A DNA stretch of 64,000 nucleotides from Tubiluchus corallicola (lineage: Eukaryota > Animalia > Priapulida), in the NCBI GenBank assembly GCA_030141605.1, contig JAQGDQ010000061.1, forward strand, positions 1 through 64,000. Direction: 5' to 3'. Below, in pieces: positions 1-12,300 of the stretch. The notes below the pieces were generated by a model. The model was not told where the DNA came from. It searched no databases and saw only the letters and a list, made by a program, of their open reading frames with translations. The position numbers were made by a program, and so were the translations under genes. Positions within the stretch are counted from its first letter, which is position 1. Every line of letters begins with the position of its first letter.

Positions 1-269
1 TTGCATAGCAAAATCGTCCATGAGTTGGCAATTAAGTCTTTTTTACTTATTCACATATCCTGAATCTATATTTCATGAGGATCATTATGGTACAAAGCTC
101 ATCACTCTATGTTATTTCTAAGCTGAGATAATCCACATTGAATTTGAGGTGCATGTTATGCACTGAAAAAAATGATCTTGAGAAAATTGCTGTTAAAGTT
201 AGCTATTGGTTTTTGTCACATTTCTAAAAAACACTTAGCAACCGTATGAAAGTGGGGTTGCTAGGGACT

Positions 270-530
270 TTACAAGAGCACATTGGAGTTATGTTTAAAT
301 CCCGTAGATGGCTGTTCCTGACTAAGATCTGGGCTTGCCAACAGAAAAAATCCGAAGCAAAATGAGTGCTTCCATGAGCTACTATCGGTGTTTGAATATA
401 TAAGTTTTTTACAATTGCAGTACTAGTTTTTAGCCAGAGAAGTAGGATCGGAGCTATAAAAATAAACTTTAGTATTTTTTTAACGTTTTCCTGATAATTT
501 GATGCTAGAATATAAAAGTCCAATGTCTTT
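270..530 (-). mobile_element. Interspersed repeat family A, copy 1 (unclassified non-autonomous element)
   Basis: Reverse complement of the sequence at 52640-52870 and 32895-33075; shared blocks include AAACTCCGATAGCAGCTCGTGGAAGCA and CATCTACTGGATTTAAACATAAC. Ends not resolved. Confidence 0.65.
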
Positions 531-788
531 AGTGTTTGTTTTAATGAAAAAAACAAAAAATTGACAGTTGACCAAATATTTGGTGCATTCTACTTTGAAG
601 CATCATGACATAGTTTTAACTAGTCCAACTAACAGACGGTTTTGGTTTGCAAGCACACATATAACTATCCATAAGGATAAATTCTTTGTGTTTTACTTTT
701 GTAGAAGATGGCAGTAGAAATGCTTATTTTGTTGATGCTTAACAAGACGTTTATTAAACCAAAATATACCTTAGATATTTCTTTACAG

Positions 789-3700
789 GTGATTTCCGGA
801 TGATGATTGGTGAGGACAAGAATAAAATTCAGAACATTGTTAACCCCAATGTTCATCACTTCCGATCACTGTATGAAGAGATCTTAAATAACATGCAGCA
901 CGTTCACTGGGAAAAGTCAACTGGCTTCTTTGAGGTGATTTAATAGTTTTTGTAGCAGATAGCTGCACAAAATACTGTGTTGTAGCTGATTGCAGGTGTT
1001 CTTTAATAAGTTTGGCTCTAAGTAAACCAGAGTTAATCACTCAGTGTCTGTCCTTGCTAATAACTTCCAATGTTGAATAGTAATGGTGAAGCCAGAACTT
1101 TGTTAATTAGAATAGCTGCCAAGGATAATGCTCTAAGAGAAGACACCCATTGTTTTCTGTTCATCCCATAGTTATGAGGTTGCATATGTTATTAGTACAC
1201 TCGTAAACAGTCCAGCCGCCCAACAGAGTAAGTAGTTATAGAATTATCAGTTCTGCTTGTCTGACTGTCTACTGCCATTGTTTTCATCTGGTGTAGCTTT
1301 TATATCTAGGAAGTTAATTCCTCGTGAAGTTATAGGACTTGGTTCGAGCTCAGAGCTGTAAATTTTTAATCAGCTGCTGCAGATCGGAATTTTTATGTAA
1401 TTTTTTAAAGATTCGTGTATAACAACTCGTGCTGCAATCTGCCGGCACAACTAAATGAGTTACGGACTGATTAGCAAGGTATGAGATAACAACTATCACA
1501 TTTTGAGCTGTTTTTTCATAGACATTAGGTATAATAAGTGAAAGTTACAATCTGTGTCAAATGCAGAAAATACATTTTCAACATTTTCGATTAGACAACT
1601 TTATTAATACCCTATAAGTCTATATGATTGTGGCTGTACGTGTTTTTCACACAGATTTTTTTATGATTTTAAGTGAAAATTGCAATTTGTGTCAATGAAC
1701 AAAATACAGCACTGTAGTCACAATGTGTCTGTGCTCCTCTACTGAAGTTCAAATGTTGAACTGGAAAAAGCTTAACTTGCAACTTGTGCTTTGCTGTTCT
1801 GCTATAGTTATATAGTTATATTTGCAAGTAATGTTAACATTATCCACTAAATTAAATACTCACATGTGATTTTTCATAAAGAATTTTTGTGACAATTTAA
1901 ATACTGTGTTGCATTGGTGTTATTGAATTATGTGTATTTTATATCTCATGCAAAATTTGCAAGCTTAAGTTGCTATTAACAGAAATCTTCATTCCAAAAT
2001 CATACTGTATAATTAATTAACTGAATCATTATTTAGTTGTCATGTTTATTTTTAGAAATCAAATAACAATAATTTTACACTCATATGTGTGAGCTTGGAG
2101 CCTTCGACTCTAGATTCTTACCATAATTGTCTGATTTTAAGAGCCTGAGCTCATTAAAAAGCAATGAAACCGAGTTCTTATAGCCAGTTTTCCAATTACA
2201 AGTGTATGTGAAATTATTTGACATTTGCTATTTTCTTTGCAGCAAGACAACAGTCCAAGTTGTTGTTACCACCATCTTAGTCTGTTGCCTAAATCCTTGC
2301 AGTTTTTCATCTGGAAGCATCGAAATAAAGATGGTCGTCATAGGGACCTGGAAGAGAGCTTGCTTTCTGTTGCACATGATTTTGAATGTAGTTATATTGT
2401 AGCAAATGGTAAGACTTGTTTTAGTTGTTCAATTAAACATGTAATCATCTATTTTCTACAGCTGTGATTCTTGGTTGACTGGCAATCTTAAACCGATAAA
2501 TGTGATGTACAATTCTGTGATTAAAGCATTGCTTGGCGTCAGGAAGACAACCGCGAATGACTTATGTTTAGTCGAGCTAGGATTACCTTCTGCCAAAGCG
2601 TACGTTCAAAACGTGCAATCAAAGTTCTTTAGACGGATAATCGAATCGAGAGCCAACGAGCCCGACGACCCATTTTCAATCGTATGGAATTTGTGCTCGG
2701 AAGCAAACACACCATGTGTACAATATGTGAAAGCTATCCTTCGTAAAATGAATATTATCTCTGACGACCTCGAGAACACAAAACAACATATCAGGGATTC
2801 CGAAAGAACTAAACTGTGCACCTGTCTCTATCTGAATCCCGAACTATCTGTCAGTGCAATGTATAGCGTTAAAGTAAATGAGCTCTATAGGATTAAAACA
2901 TCTCGGTTACGCCTCTCCTCACATAACCTGGCTATTGAGACTGGAAGATGGGCAAGGATAAAAAGAGAGGACAGGCTATGCTCCTGTTCTGGCTTAAACA
3001 TTCAAACAGAAGAGCATGTTATCTGTTTTTGTCCACTTACTAATCACCTTCGTGAAGATAACACTGAACTGAGCTTCAACGATTTGCATGAATTTTTTAA
3101 TGGAAACCCAAAGTCATATTGTGAATTTGTAAATAACTGTTTAGCGATTTTTGGACAGTAATGATCATGTTAGACGATAATAAGTGTGTAGTGAGAAGTT
3201 GTAAATAATTCTTCAGTTATTTTTTGACAGTAATGATCATGTTATATGATCAAAAGTCCTTTTTTTGTAGTGATCTATGGACTGAACTAAAGTATCATGT
3301 TCGACTATCTCGTAATCAGTCAATAAACATATATATATATATATAAATTAGAAACATATTAAAGTTCCACAAACCATAGTGCAAAAATTAATGCATGAAG
3401 CTTGATTTGTTAGACTTTTTCATTGACTTGTCCTGAACATACTAGCCCATTCTATGCAAGAGACTACTTTTTTGTATACAGTAATTTTGTTTATTTTAAA
3501 TTTATTGCATACATTTAAAAATACATAGCTTTATACAAAAAAATTAAAATGCGGCTATACTATACAACTACAATACGAACAACTAAAATATTTACACGTT
3601 TTCATACATACGCACCCAGATACAAAACATAAATACACAAGATAGGTCATTAAAAAACAGTACACAGAAAAACACTCAGTAAAACAGGATTAACCTTTTA

Positions 3701-6027
3701 AACAAGAACAAATCACATCTAAACTTTTAGGGTTTAGTTGATAGTAATAATTGCATATAATATGTCCTAACTTATAAATGTAAACAATAATCAGTTGGGT
3801 TATGTGCGGCATAAGTCTGCTCTTATGCTGAACTTTAACCCTTTTACTACAGAAGGCGGTAGACTGATGCCCAAACTTAGTGCTAAGCACAGTCACCCAG
3901 GTCTGTTTATTTTACTCTACGACCATGTAAAGCATTGTAGAAAAGTGTAGCAGCCTTGGGATTGGGGTTGCTTTGCAACAAATAATGCTATCCAGCCAAT
4001 AAGCATCTGAAGCCAGGTGCATTCCACAAAATTTTCAACATGTTATTGTGTTATTTTTTCAGGTGTGAGACAAATTGTGAGGCATTCCAGTGTCACGCAA
4101 AGTGTGAAGGGAATTTTCACTGCAGGTTTTATTATAAGCTATTTTAGTACTATTTTTCTTTTGTCAATTTGGTGCAATCTTGCATGTTCTTTTTTGTGAT
4201 GGGAGTTGCTTGTGCACATCGTGTGATTGTTTGGATGTTTTTGAAGTCCTAAATTACTCAAGATAATCTGGTATTTATTTTTATTTTTACTATTTTGTAA
4301 TGTTAGAATTAGTAGTGTGGTGACTCAGGACAGAATTTTTACCTCTCAGCTGTCAGACTATGTGACAACAATGTTGAAAAGTTTTGCCGCCAAGGACACC
4401 TTTCCACAACCTGAATGTTCAGGGTGAACAATTCTCATTAAGTAAACTAACACTAGAACTACGTAGTCTTCCACTTATCAATCTAGAAGCACCATTGAAT
4501 CAAAAATTACCCAAAATCGTCAAATTCGGGAACCTACCGAAAATTTACAAATTCGGGTACCTAACTACATACCCATCTTTTTACTTGCCTACTTACCTGC
4601 TTACTTGTGTAGAGGAGTAAACCTTCCAAATCAGGAGTGGACCCCCGAAGACAGACCAGTGCAGCATGCTCACTGACTCTGGCAGCTCCTGCAGCCAACC
4701 TGGTGCCAAACGTATCGCTCCGCTTTCCTTTGGACTACACCAGGGAGGAAGAGAGGGGGTTCCTGTTGTCTGGGCAACTCAGGATCTCCATACACCTTGC
4801 CCAGGCCTATGCCCTGGAGAGGCCACTCCAGTGGTTCAAGGATCGAACTGCTCAACCACAGTCGACGCTGCAGCTCCATCAATGTGATCAATAACTGACT
4901 CTCTTGGCGCACACCCCATTGTCTTCCGAGACAGAAGGATGCCAACAACTTACCTGCTTATATACCAACTTACCTACCAACCTACCTACCCAACTGTGTG
5001 TTGCCTACCTAGCTACCTATGTACATTATGTAATGTACGTACCTACCATCCAACTTACCTACCTACCTATGGATACCTACCTACCAACCTACTTACTTAT
5101 CTAGCAAACTTCCGACATACGTACATACATACCTATGGCCATAGTTACATAATTGCCTGCTAAATCTTGGTAGGTAAGCTAGGCAGGTAGATAGGTGGGT
5201 GTTTAATGAATAGAATGGCAGGCGAATGGGTAGATAAGTATATACATATATATGTAAATAGGTAAGTAGCTTAATAAGTAGGTAGCTGTGCATATATGCT
5301 TTTATTTATAAAGTCATTAGGCAGGCAGGCAGGTAAGTAGGTAGTAGATAGGTTAATAAATATATGGGTAAGCAAATGTGCAGGTAAGTAGGTAGGTAGA
5401 ACTATATTGTTGCTTAACAGCAGTGCTTACTGTAAGTGACTGTGTACTGTCTTCTTGCATATTGTGGTTAGCTGTGTTGGGTCATTTTTAACCCATTGGT
5501 GTTTAGAGGCAGTGATACACAAAAATACAGAAAAATAATAATAAGAAAACAATTGTTAGGCCACTAAAATTTAAAAAACTCGGAGTACAGTATGTTAATT
5601 TCTGATATTGTTATATATGAATATAAATGTTATATATACTAGAATTTCAAAATGAGTCAGAAATGACCAGTCATAGTTCTAGTGTTGAAAGTCAGTTTTA
5701 TCACTGCGAGAGCAACTGTGATGCACATACAATTTAAAATTGAGCAATTCACAAAACAAAGCTTAAATTTTGAATTGCACATGTGCAAAGATAGGTTATC
5801 TCATTGTCTGGAGTGTAAAGCACTTGCATTACATTATTTTTGCACATTTTATGATTTTTCCACAAAATATTTTTACGACTGTTCTGAGTGATTAATGTCG
5901 TGCATATTAGGTTTGCAGAATTTTGTGCATTGCTTACATTGTTTCTTTATTTTTAGGAATGTACAAGTCATTCAAGTACAGTGCAAAGAAGTTAAAGAAA
6001 ATGTTCAAGAGCATGACAAGGCGATGA
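789..6027 (+). CDS. TAMM41: TAMM41-like mitochondrial phosphatidate cytidylyltransferase (CDP-DAG synthase), last 4 coding exons; 5' part lies outside the window
   Basis: GT-AG exons 789-934, 2243-2408, 4063-4125 and 5957-6027 join in phase (TGA at 6025-6027). They give GDFRMMIGEDKNKIQNIVNPNVHHFRSLYEEIL...QDNSP...LLPKSLQ...RDLEESLLSVAHD...GVRQIVRHSSVTQSVKGIFTAGMYKSFKYSAKKLKKMFK, matching the Tam41/Mmp37 C-terminal motifs (GDFRM..GED..K..NIV, SS..QS.KGIFTAG..KS..YS..KL.KM). Confidence 0.92.
2441..3345 (+). mobile_element. 5'-truncated non-LTR retrotransposon (LINE): RT C-terminus plus zinc-knuckle region, inside a TAMM41 intron
   Basis: An open frame reads IFYSCDSW...KALLGVRKTT...LVELG...RLRLSSHNLAIETGRW...RLCSC....EEHVICFCP to TAA at 3161, typical of LINE ORF2 C-termini of the L2/CR1/RTE-X type. 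The 3' UTR has a ~55-bp internal duplication, AATAAA at ~3322 and an (AT)n tail. Confidence 0.85.
4540..5400. repeat. Degenerate (TACC)n / (GGTA)n inverted microsatellite block containing a GC-rich retroelement-like fragment (~4590-4945, minus strand)
   Basis: TACC/TACT-rich runs at 4550-4610 and 4950-5140, followed by complementary GGTA/AGTA runs at 5165-5400. The minus-strand insert ends in CTACACAAGTAAGCAGGTAAGTAGG, resembling an RTE-type LINE/SINE tail. Confidence 0.65.
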
Positions 6028-6709
6028 CGTCAGGAAAGACAACTTAAAAGCTCCAGCCGTTTTTGCGATTGAATCAAATAATGCATAATAGAAATGTGGT
6101 AGGCATTTGTGTTAATGGTTCGTGTTTTAGTTGTCATATGATTGTTCTTATGACAAAGCTGCAAATTAGGGATAAATTATGCATTGCACTGTACTAAAAC
6201 CTCAAAAATTACTTATCTTATGTATTAATAGTAAAAGGCTGAAAATTTTTGATAAGAAACTAATTGACATGGTGACTAGCTGATGTTTTTATTTTGACCA
6301 GCTTTAGACTGAAGAGGTAAATTTGTTTTTGTCTGTATACTATACATCTTGTTGTCTAAATGTGTAGATCATATAGGCTTCAATTGCTAAAGCTGAAGCA
6401 GCAAACTGTGTGTTTTAGAATGATTTATTCATGTTAGCTTTTATTGCACTACTATTTATTTTCTCACAGAAGTGTTGTACATATAAGCTCATTCAATTCT
6501 GTCGTTTAAGTTTGACGACACTTCCTCTTGAATGCTGCTTTCTCTTATTATGAAATGTTCAAACATGCAATTGCTAACGTTTCATGCCTAACCATTGTGA
6601 ATGTGCCAAAAAGTTATCTGAGCTTTGGCTAATTTTTGAAACGAAATATTGTGTCAGCTTGCTTGCTATTGTTTTCATTTTCGTGTTATCTTACACAGTT
6701 TTGGTTATA

Positions 6710-7712
6710 CAGTAGGCGCCGCTTAATGGACTCACGGTTAATAGACTTAATCGGTTAATTGACTGAAAAACGCCTGGTACGGGCCGCTTCTATCTCAATG
6801 TACATAAAAACTGTCGGTAAATTGATTCAAATAACTCCGCATAGTTGACTCAATATTTTTGCTTCACGTGCTTCAATAAGACACTTTCATGTGACTGATA
6901 AACTTTTATGACTTTTATATCATCTTTGTTCACTTTTGTCCTATAATATACATAGAAACAATCATGTTAAGCATCGTTATTTTTAGTAAGCAGGAACGTT
7001 TAAGTTATGCTAATAGGCTAGCCTAGTGGTTTGCTTTGACCGCCCGTCCATTGTAATTAACCTCGTTACCCAGGAATTTCTCGAAGCTAAACATTTAATC
7101 ACTTGCTTAGCGGTTCGCTTTTGAAGCCCCGACAATCTTTGCCAGAAATCAGTTGGAATCAGTTAGATGTTGCCGTTATGCCAGGGATGCAGGTACAATA
7201 CAGAAAGTACGTCACAATAGCAAGCTGGGAGCTTAGGCGAAACTACAGATGAAGCTACCCGAGAGGAAACACGGACACCACCAACAGTTTTAGTACAAAC
7301 ACTAAGTATTTTACGAGAATTTATGCATCACGCAACAACAGATTTTCAACATTTTTATCATTATGTGAACCAACTTCTTTGCGATAAAATGAAGCAGCCG
7401 ACTTTGAAGGAATTTTTGTACTTTTGCAAAGAAACAGACTTGTGTGATTTAGAAAAGTAAAAGTTTTTAATTTATTGCTAATTCACTTATATAAATTAAC
7501 ATTTTAAAATATTTTTTCTATTTTTTAACTGCACAAAGGAATTTAGGCATTACTGCGTTTCTAAAATTCATTAAAGACCTTTGCAGTGCATGGTAAGCTG
7601 GTGACTCATACTTCTGTACCAGTAATAGTACACCCATCGGTTAATAGGTAATTCGGTTAATTGGGTCAAAATGCTTTGGTCCCAAAGTGAGTCTATTAAG
7701 CCGTGCCTACTG
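6710..7712 (+). mobile_element. pogo/Tigger-type (Tc1/mariner) non-autonomous DNA transposon
   Basis: TA|CAGTAGGCGCCGCTTAAT ... ATTAAGCCGTGCCTACTG|TA gives TIRs with TA target duplication. An internal remnant KMKQPTLKEFL (~7387-7419) resembles the PIP-box C-terminus of pogo transposases. Confidence 0.85.
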
Positions 7713-9310
7713 TAATTAACATTTTTGATAAGTAGTATAGATTAATTAGTATTTTTGCTTATTTCTGCAGGAATAAAAGTGAAACTATGTAGTTATAACA
7801 AACGTAATTATGGAAAGTCTAATCCAGATTTTTTTAGTGAAGTTAAGCAATTTGTGCATGAAAGTACAGAAACTCGTAAGTCATATTGTAACTTAATGCT
7901 GTTTTCATACATGTATTGCAATACTTATAATACACCACTAAAAGCTGAGTATTTATTAATTATGGTAAAACAATAATGTTTAATTATCTCCAAATTATCC
8001 GAATTGGCTCTTTATATTTTACTTGTAATGGTTAGAGAAAACGTCAATTAACTTTTCATTATTTAAAATAATGATTTAGGGCCTAACCAAGCAAGTATAC
8101 GGGACATTGAATTAAATTTGCAAAAAAATAAAAGTGGGCATGGAATCTACATCAATTAAGAAGCTTACAGCCAATACCTAGCTCTCCTATATAAAATGTG
8201 CTTTGTCTGACGCACTTCTTGCAGTGTCAACAGACGTGGCAGCATTGATGAGAGGTCTGAACGTAAAGCACAGCCTTGCCCACGTGTCGGTTAATGATGA
8301 CTAACATATCTCATATTTAACAGTGTAACAACGAAAGTTCATGCATTTCGACTAATAGTGTTGCAGTTTTTTCAAGATCTGCAACAGTGTTCACAAACGG
8401 AAATTAATGGGCAGAAGATATCTTAGTGGATTACATCACTTTTTTATATAATTATTATCAAAAAGTGGCACTGCTATCATATTGCATTGAATCACAGAAC
8501 TGCTGGCAAACATCAACCAAAATTACGAGACTATTAAGACAGATTTAATCAATGGACTAAATCAATGGTTAAATTTTTGTGACATCCAGGTCAAAGGTTG
8601 AGAGTACTTAAGTACAACAATCACGTGACATTTGTGTAAAGCAAAACCAACTACCACATCACTTCAGTAACTTCAGTTGTTTTATGTAGACTTTAGTTAA
8701 TCATGCATTAGTCTGTGTAGAATGATTTACTGCTTTGGTCTTGCTTGGGAACAAGAAAAAATGAACTAGATAGGTTCTAGCTAGCTGTTACTATTACAAT
8801 AGTTTAGGTGCGAGGCATTGTCAAGTGTGCACAAATGCATTATCTGGTACACTTAACTTTTGACTTTTCCAGAATTATCATCAATGACTGGAACTATGTA
8901 AAGGCTTATTTTGTAGCGGATTTTGTCGAACAGCTACCAGAATATAGACTAGTATGCTGTGGATCAAAACATGTTGAATTGTTGATGCAAAACACTGATG
9001 CAATCGAACAATGCAAGATAAAAAGAACTATAGTTAAAGAACTGAGAGTGAGCAATCAGAAGTGATTAGCTAAAGTAAGACCATTGAATTTATTGTGATA
9101 CATTATTAGCGCCTTCTTACTTGCTGGAGTTGCCGTTTTTGATGAAAAATCTGCTTCAGGCCTACTGTCTAGCGTTTATCAGCAATATTAATTGTCATTT
9201 TGTCAGACATTTTTTCAGTAGTGTGACGGTCTGTCATGGTCGTACGACGTGCACAATTTGCGTGCTGAAAATGACGGTGTTGCAGCAAAAATATATCCGT
9301 AGTAACAAAC

Positions 9311-12300
9311 ATGTCAGCGACCAGGATGCACTTTTTGAGTTGTGTCTCCTTATTTTATATCGTTTTTATAAATTTTGTATCATGTGTTTCTGAATTAGGT
9401 AAGTTAACATGAAAGTATGTTGTTTTATTTTGTCACATGCTTCTTTTTTGTCATCAAAAAGGTGGACTGCGACGTTTTACGTTTTATGTAATTATTATTA
9501 TCAAGTCTAATTAAATACGTAATTTATTTATTATCTTATTGCAATATATTCAATACAAGAATTACTGCCATTAGTTAATAAAAACAAATAAAATGATATA
9601 ATAATTAATATTTTATAAAAATTAATACAGTGTTGATTGGCCAAAGGGTGGCTAAACTAGCTCTAGTTGAGCTTACGTGCGAATGCATTTCTATTATTAA
9701 TGATGCAGGCTATTGATTTTTTTCCGATGAACTCAGATACAGAAAAATAATGGTTTGCGGTTTTAATTTTTTTCGTTATGAAGCTTTTTATTATTTATTT
9801 ACAGTTTCATAAATTCGCACAGCCCTGCAGGTAGTCTTGCACTTTTAAATGAAAACTGGACCCCATCTTAAAGCATATAATTTTATTAAAATAGTCTATC
9901 TTTATATTTTTCAAGAGTGACTTACGTGAGAGAATTATTATTACAGAATGGTAATTTTGCATTTGCGTGGCTAGTTCTTCACCCTTACATGCTTTTTGCC
10001 ATTCGCTAGTAGGATGGGCAATAGCACCTACATCTCTGAAACGTATTACACAAAAGTAGGTACAATGTTCCCGGTTGAAATCTGTTCAGTTGTGTTGTAA
10101 TGCACACATTCAAGAGCTATGGCAAATCATAGGTTGAAAATTCAAATTTACAGCTATGCTCAAGCAAGTTTTTGTTTGTCACACCAAATGTTGTACAGTA
10201 CATTAATTTTTGCTTTTGCAAACACATGCAATTTGCTTGTGAAATGTTTGCATTGTTAAAAATTATGTTCAGTTGTGATGTCATCACTAGTTGGACTCAT
10301 CAGCTGTTAATTAAATAAAAAACCAATTAAATATTAATTTATTAAATAAAAAAATAAAAGTTAATTCAGTTTTTAACCTATTATTTAATTAACAATTACC
10401 AGAAACGCTTTGACATTATTATAGGTTTCAAATGTGTTTTAAATTTACCATACTTCAAAATGGGGTAGGATGTGAAAGACCTGTTTTCCTTTACATGACA
10501 CAAAGTTGTTACACACTGATAATATATTACGATGTGTAATTCATAAGTCCGTACTAGGATAGTATACCACTTATACTTGTGAATTAATTAATTAACACAC
10601 AAATTATACGGTAAAGGTAGCCAACAATTTTTACCTGTAATTTTTTAGGAAACATTTGTCAGACTAAAACTCTGAGATAATTATTAGTTGAGCTATTTTG
10701 TTTTTCTCATTAAACCATTTGTTAAGGTACCTTGTAAAAAGCAGTTTATCAATGGTAAAAGAAAGATTTTTTTGTTTTTTCACTTAAAATGTGAATATAG
10801 TAGTCAGTACAACACTAGCAAAAATTAAGTCACCGCATATATTAGATTATATATAAAATCTTGCTGGTGGAGGAATGGTGGTAAATTACGTTCGGCTATT
10901 CATTATCACTTGTAGCACAAATAGCTGTTTAATGGCATTTGTTGCTTGTATATAATAACTTTGTGTAAATAAGACTTTTGCAACACTTTTTATATGATAA
11001 AACATAAGAGTTTTTATATCACTTGTAAAGTTTTGATACTTTACAAGCTGCATGTAAACAAGTATGTAAACAATGGATGAAACTAAATAAACCTAAGTGT
11101 TAAACAGTGTGGGGAAAAGGAACAACTGCAATGTCTTGTGCTCCCTTTTATGAATATCAGATTTATAATTATACACATTTTATGACCTGGCTATGAAGTG
11201 TTTTATCCTTTCGTTCATTTATGGCATTTTGACCCCTTATTCTTACTTTTTCTTGCAGTTGCAAAACATGAAATAAAGAATTCGAGTAATTTTAATAACA
11301 CTTCCAGACATATGTTCAGTTTGATAAAAATTAACGTAAGCTAGCAGAATTGCAAAATTACAATAAATTACAACCCTCATCAGTGTTCATAAAGTTGATT
11401 TATTAGACATCTGGAATGTAGCACAAAAAATGCTTTTCATCCTGCTGTGTGTGATCCTTCCTTTAGTGTTTAGCAATTATTCAGCTGCAATGGAGGCAGT
11501 ATTACTCAAACGATCGACAGTGTTTCTCACTTATGTGGTACTTTACTGTGCTGTAGTTTCTTTTTAGGAAACGTAACAGTATGCAGAATTCTTTTAACTT
11601 TAATCATGGATATATCCAAAATGCCAAATACACTAGTGCCGCTGTAGACTGAAGGGGTACATTAGCAATTGCGACGTGGCTCATTCCAGCAATTTATTTA
11701 AATGACATGCTATTGTATTGGTTTTTGCGGCTATGCTGTGATGTAAACAAAACTAATTGAATCCGGCCGTGCCAATTTTTGTATCCCATTCTTACGTTTT
11801 ATTTTTAACTCACAAAACTAGAGTCATAAGTTTATACATAATCGCTTGTTTGCACTTCCTGATCAACAAACGACTTGGTCAATGTGACTTAACAATTTCC
11901 TTCCTGATCAACAAGTAACTTGGTCAACCATGGTTCAACAATTTCCTGTGTGCAGGAAACTGTTTCTATACCAGTATATGTGCATGCACAAGCATATAAA
12001 GATGTTACTTTGGCCCAAATTCATGCCTTTCTTCGCATTTCCATTGCAACAAGTTTGGGTGCAAAGCCTGATAATTATGTGTTCATTTCATCACGACATC
12101 ATGAAACCTTATTTTACTCCATAAAATCTTTCAGCATGTGACAATAAATATTCAATAGCATCTATATCTTAGTGAGAAGGCATTTCAAATAAGTGATAAC
12201 AAAACTCTATAATTGTTCAGTGCTTAAGTAGTGAGCACTATAAGGATGTAGATACCTGAAAAATTTCCTTTGTAGGTACTTATTATGTTGTACTTTAAGT

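Noticed and set aside
224-556. 110-aa ORF and most other short track ORFs in introns
   Set aside because: They overlap repeats or microsatellites, or are antisense shadows of real exons, and show no homology signal.
11430-11567. 45-aa hydrophobic ORF MLFILLCVILPLVFSNYSAA..., a possible alternative PLXDC signal-peptide exon
   Set aside because: It has no phase-1 donor to join exon 2, and hydrophobic ORFs arise easily in T-rich introns.
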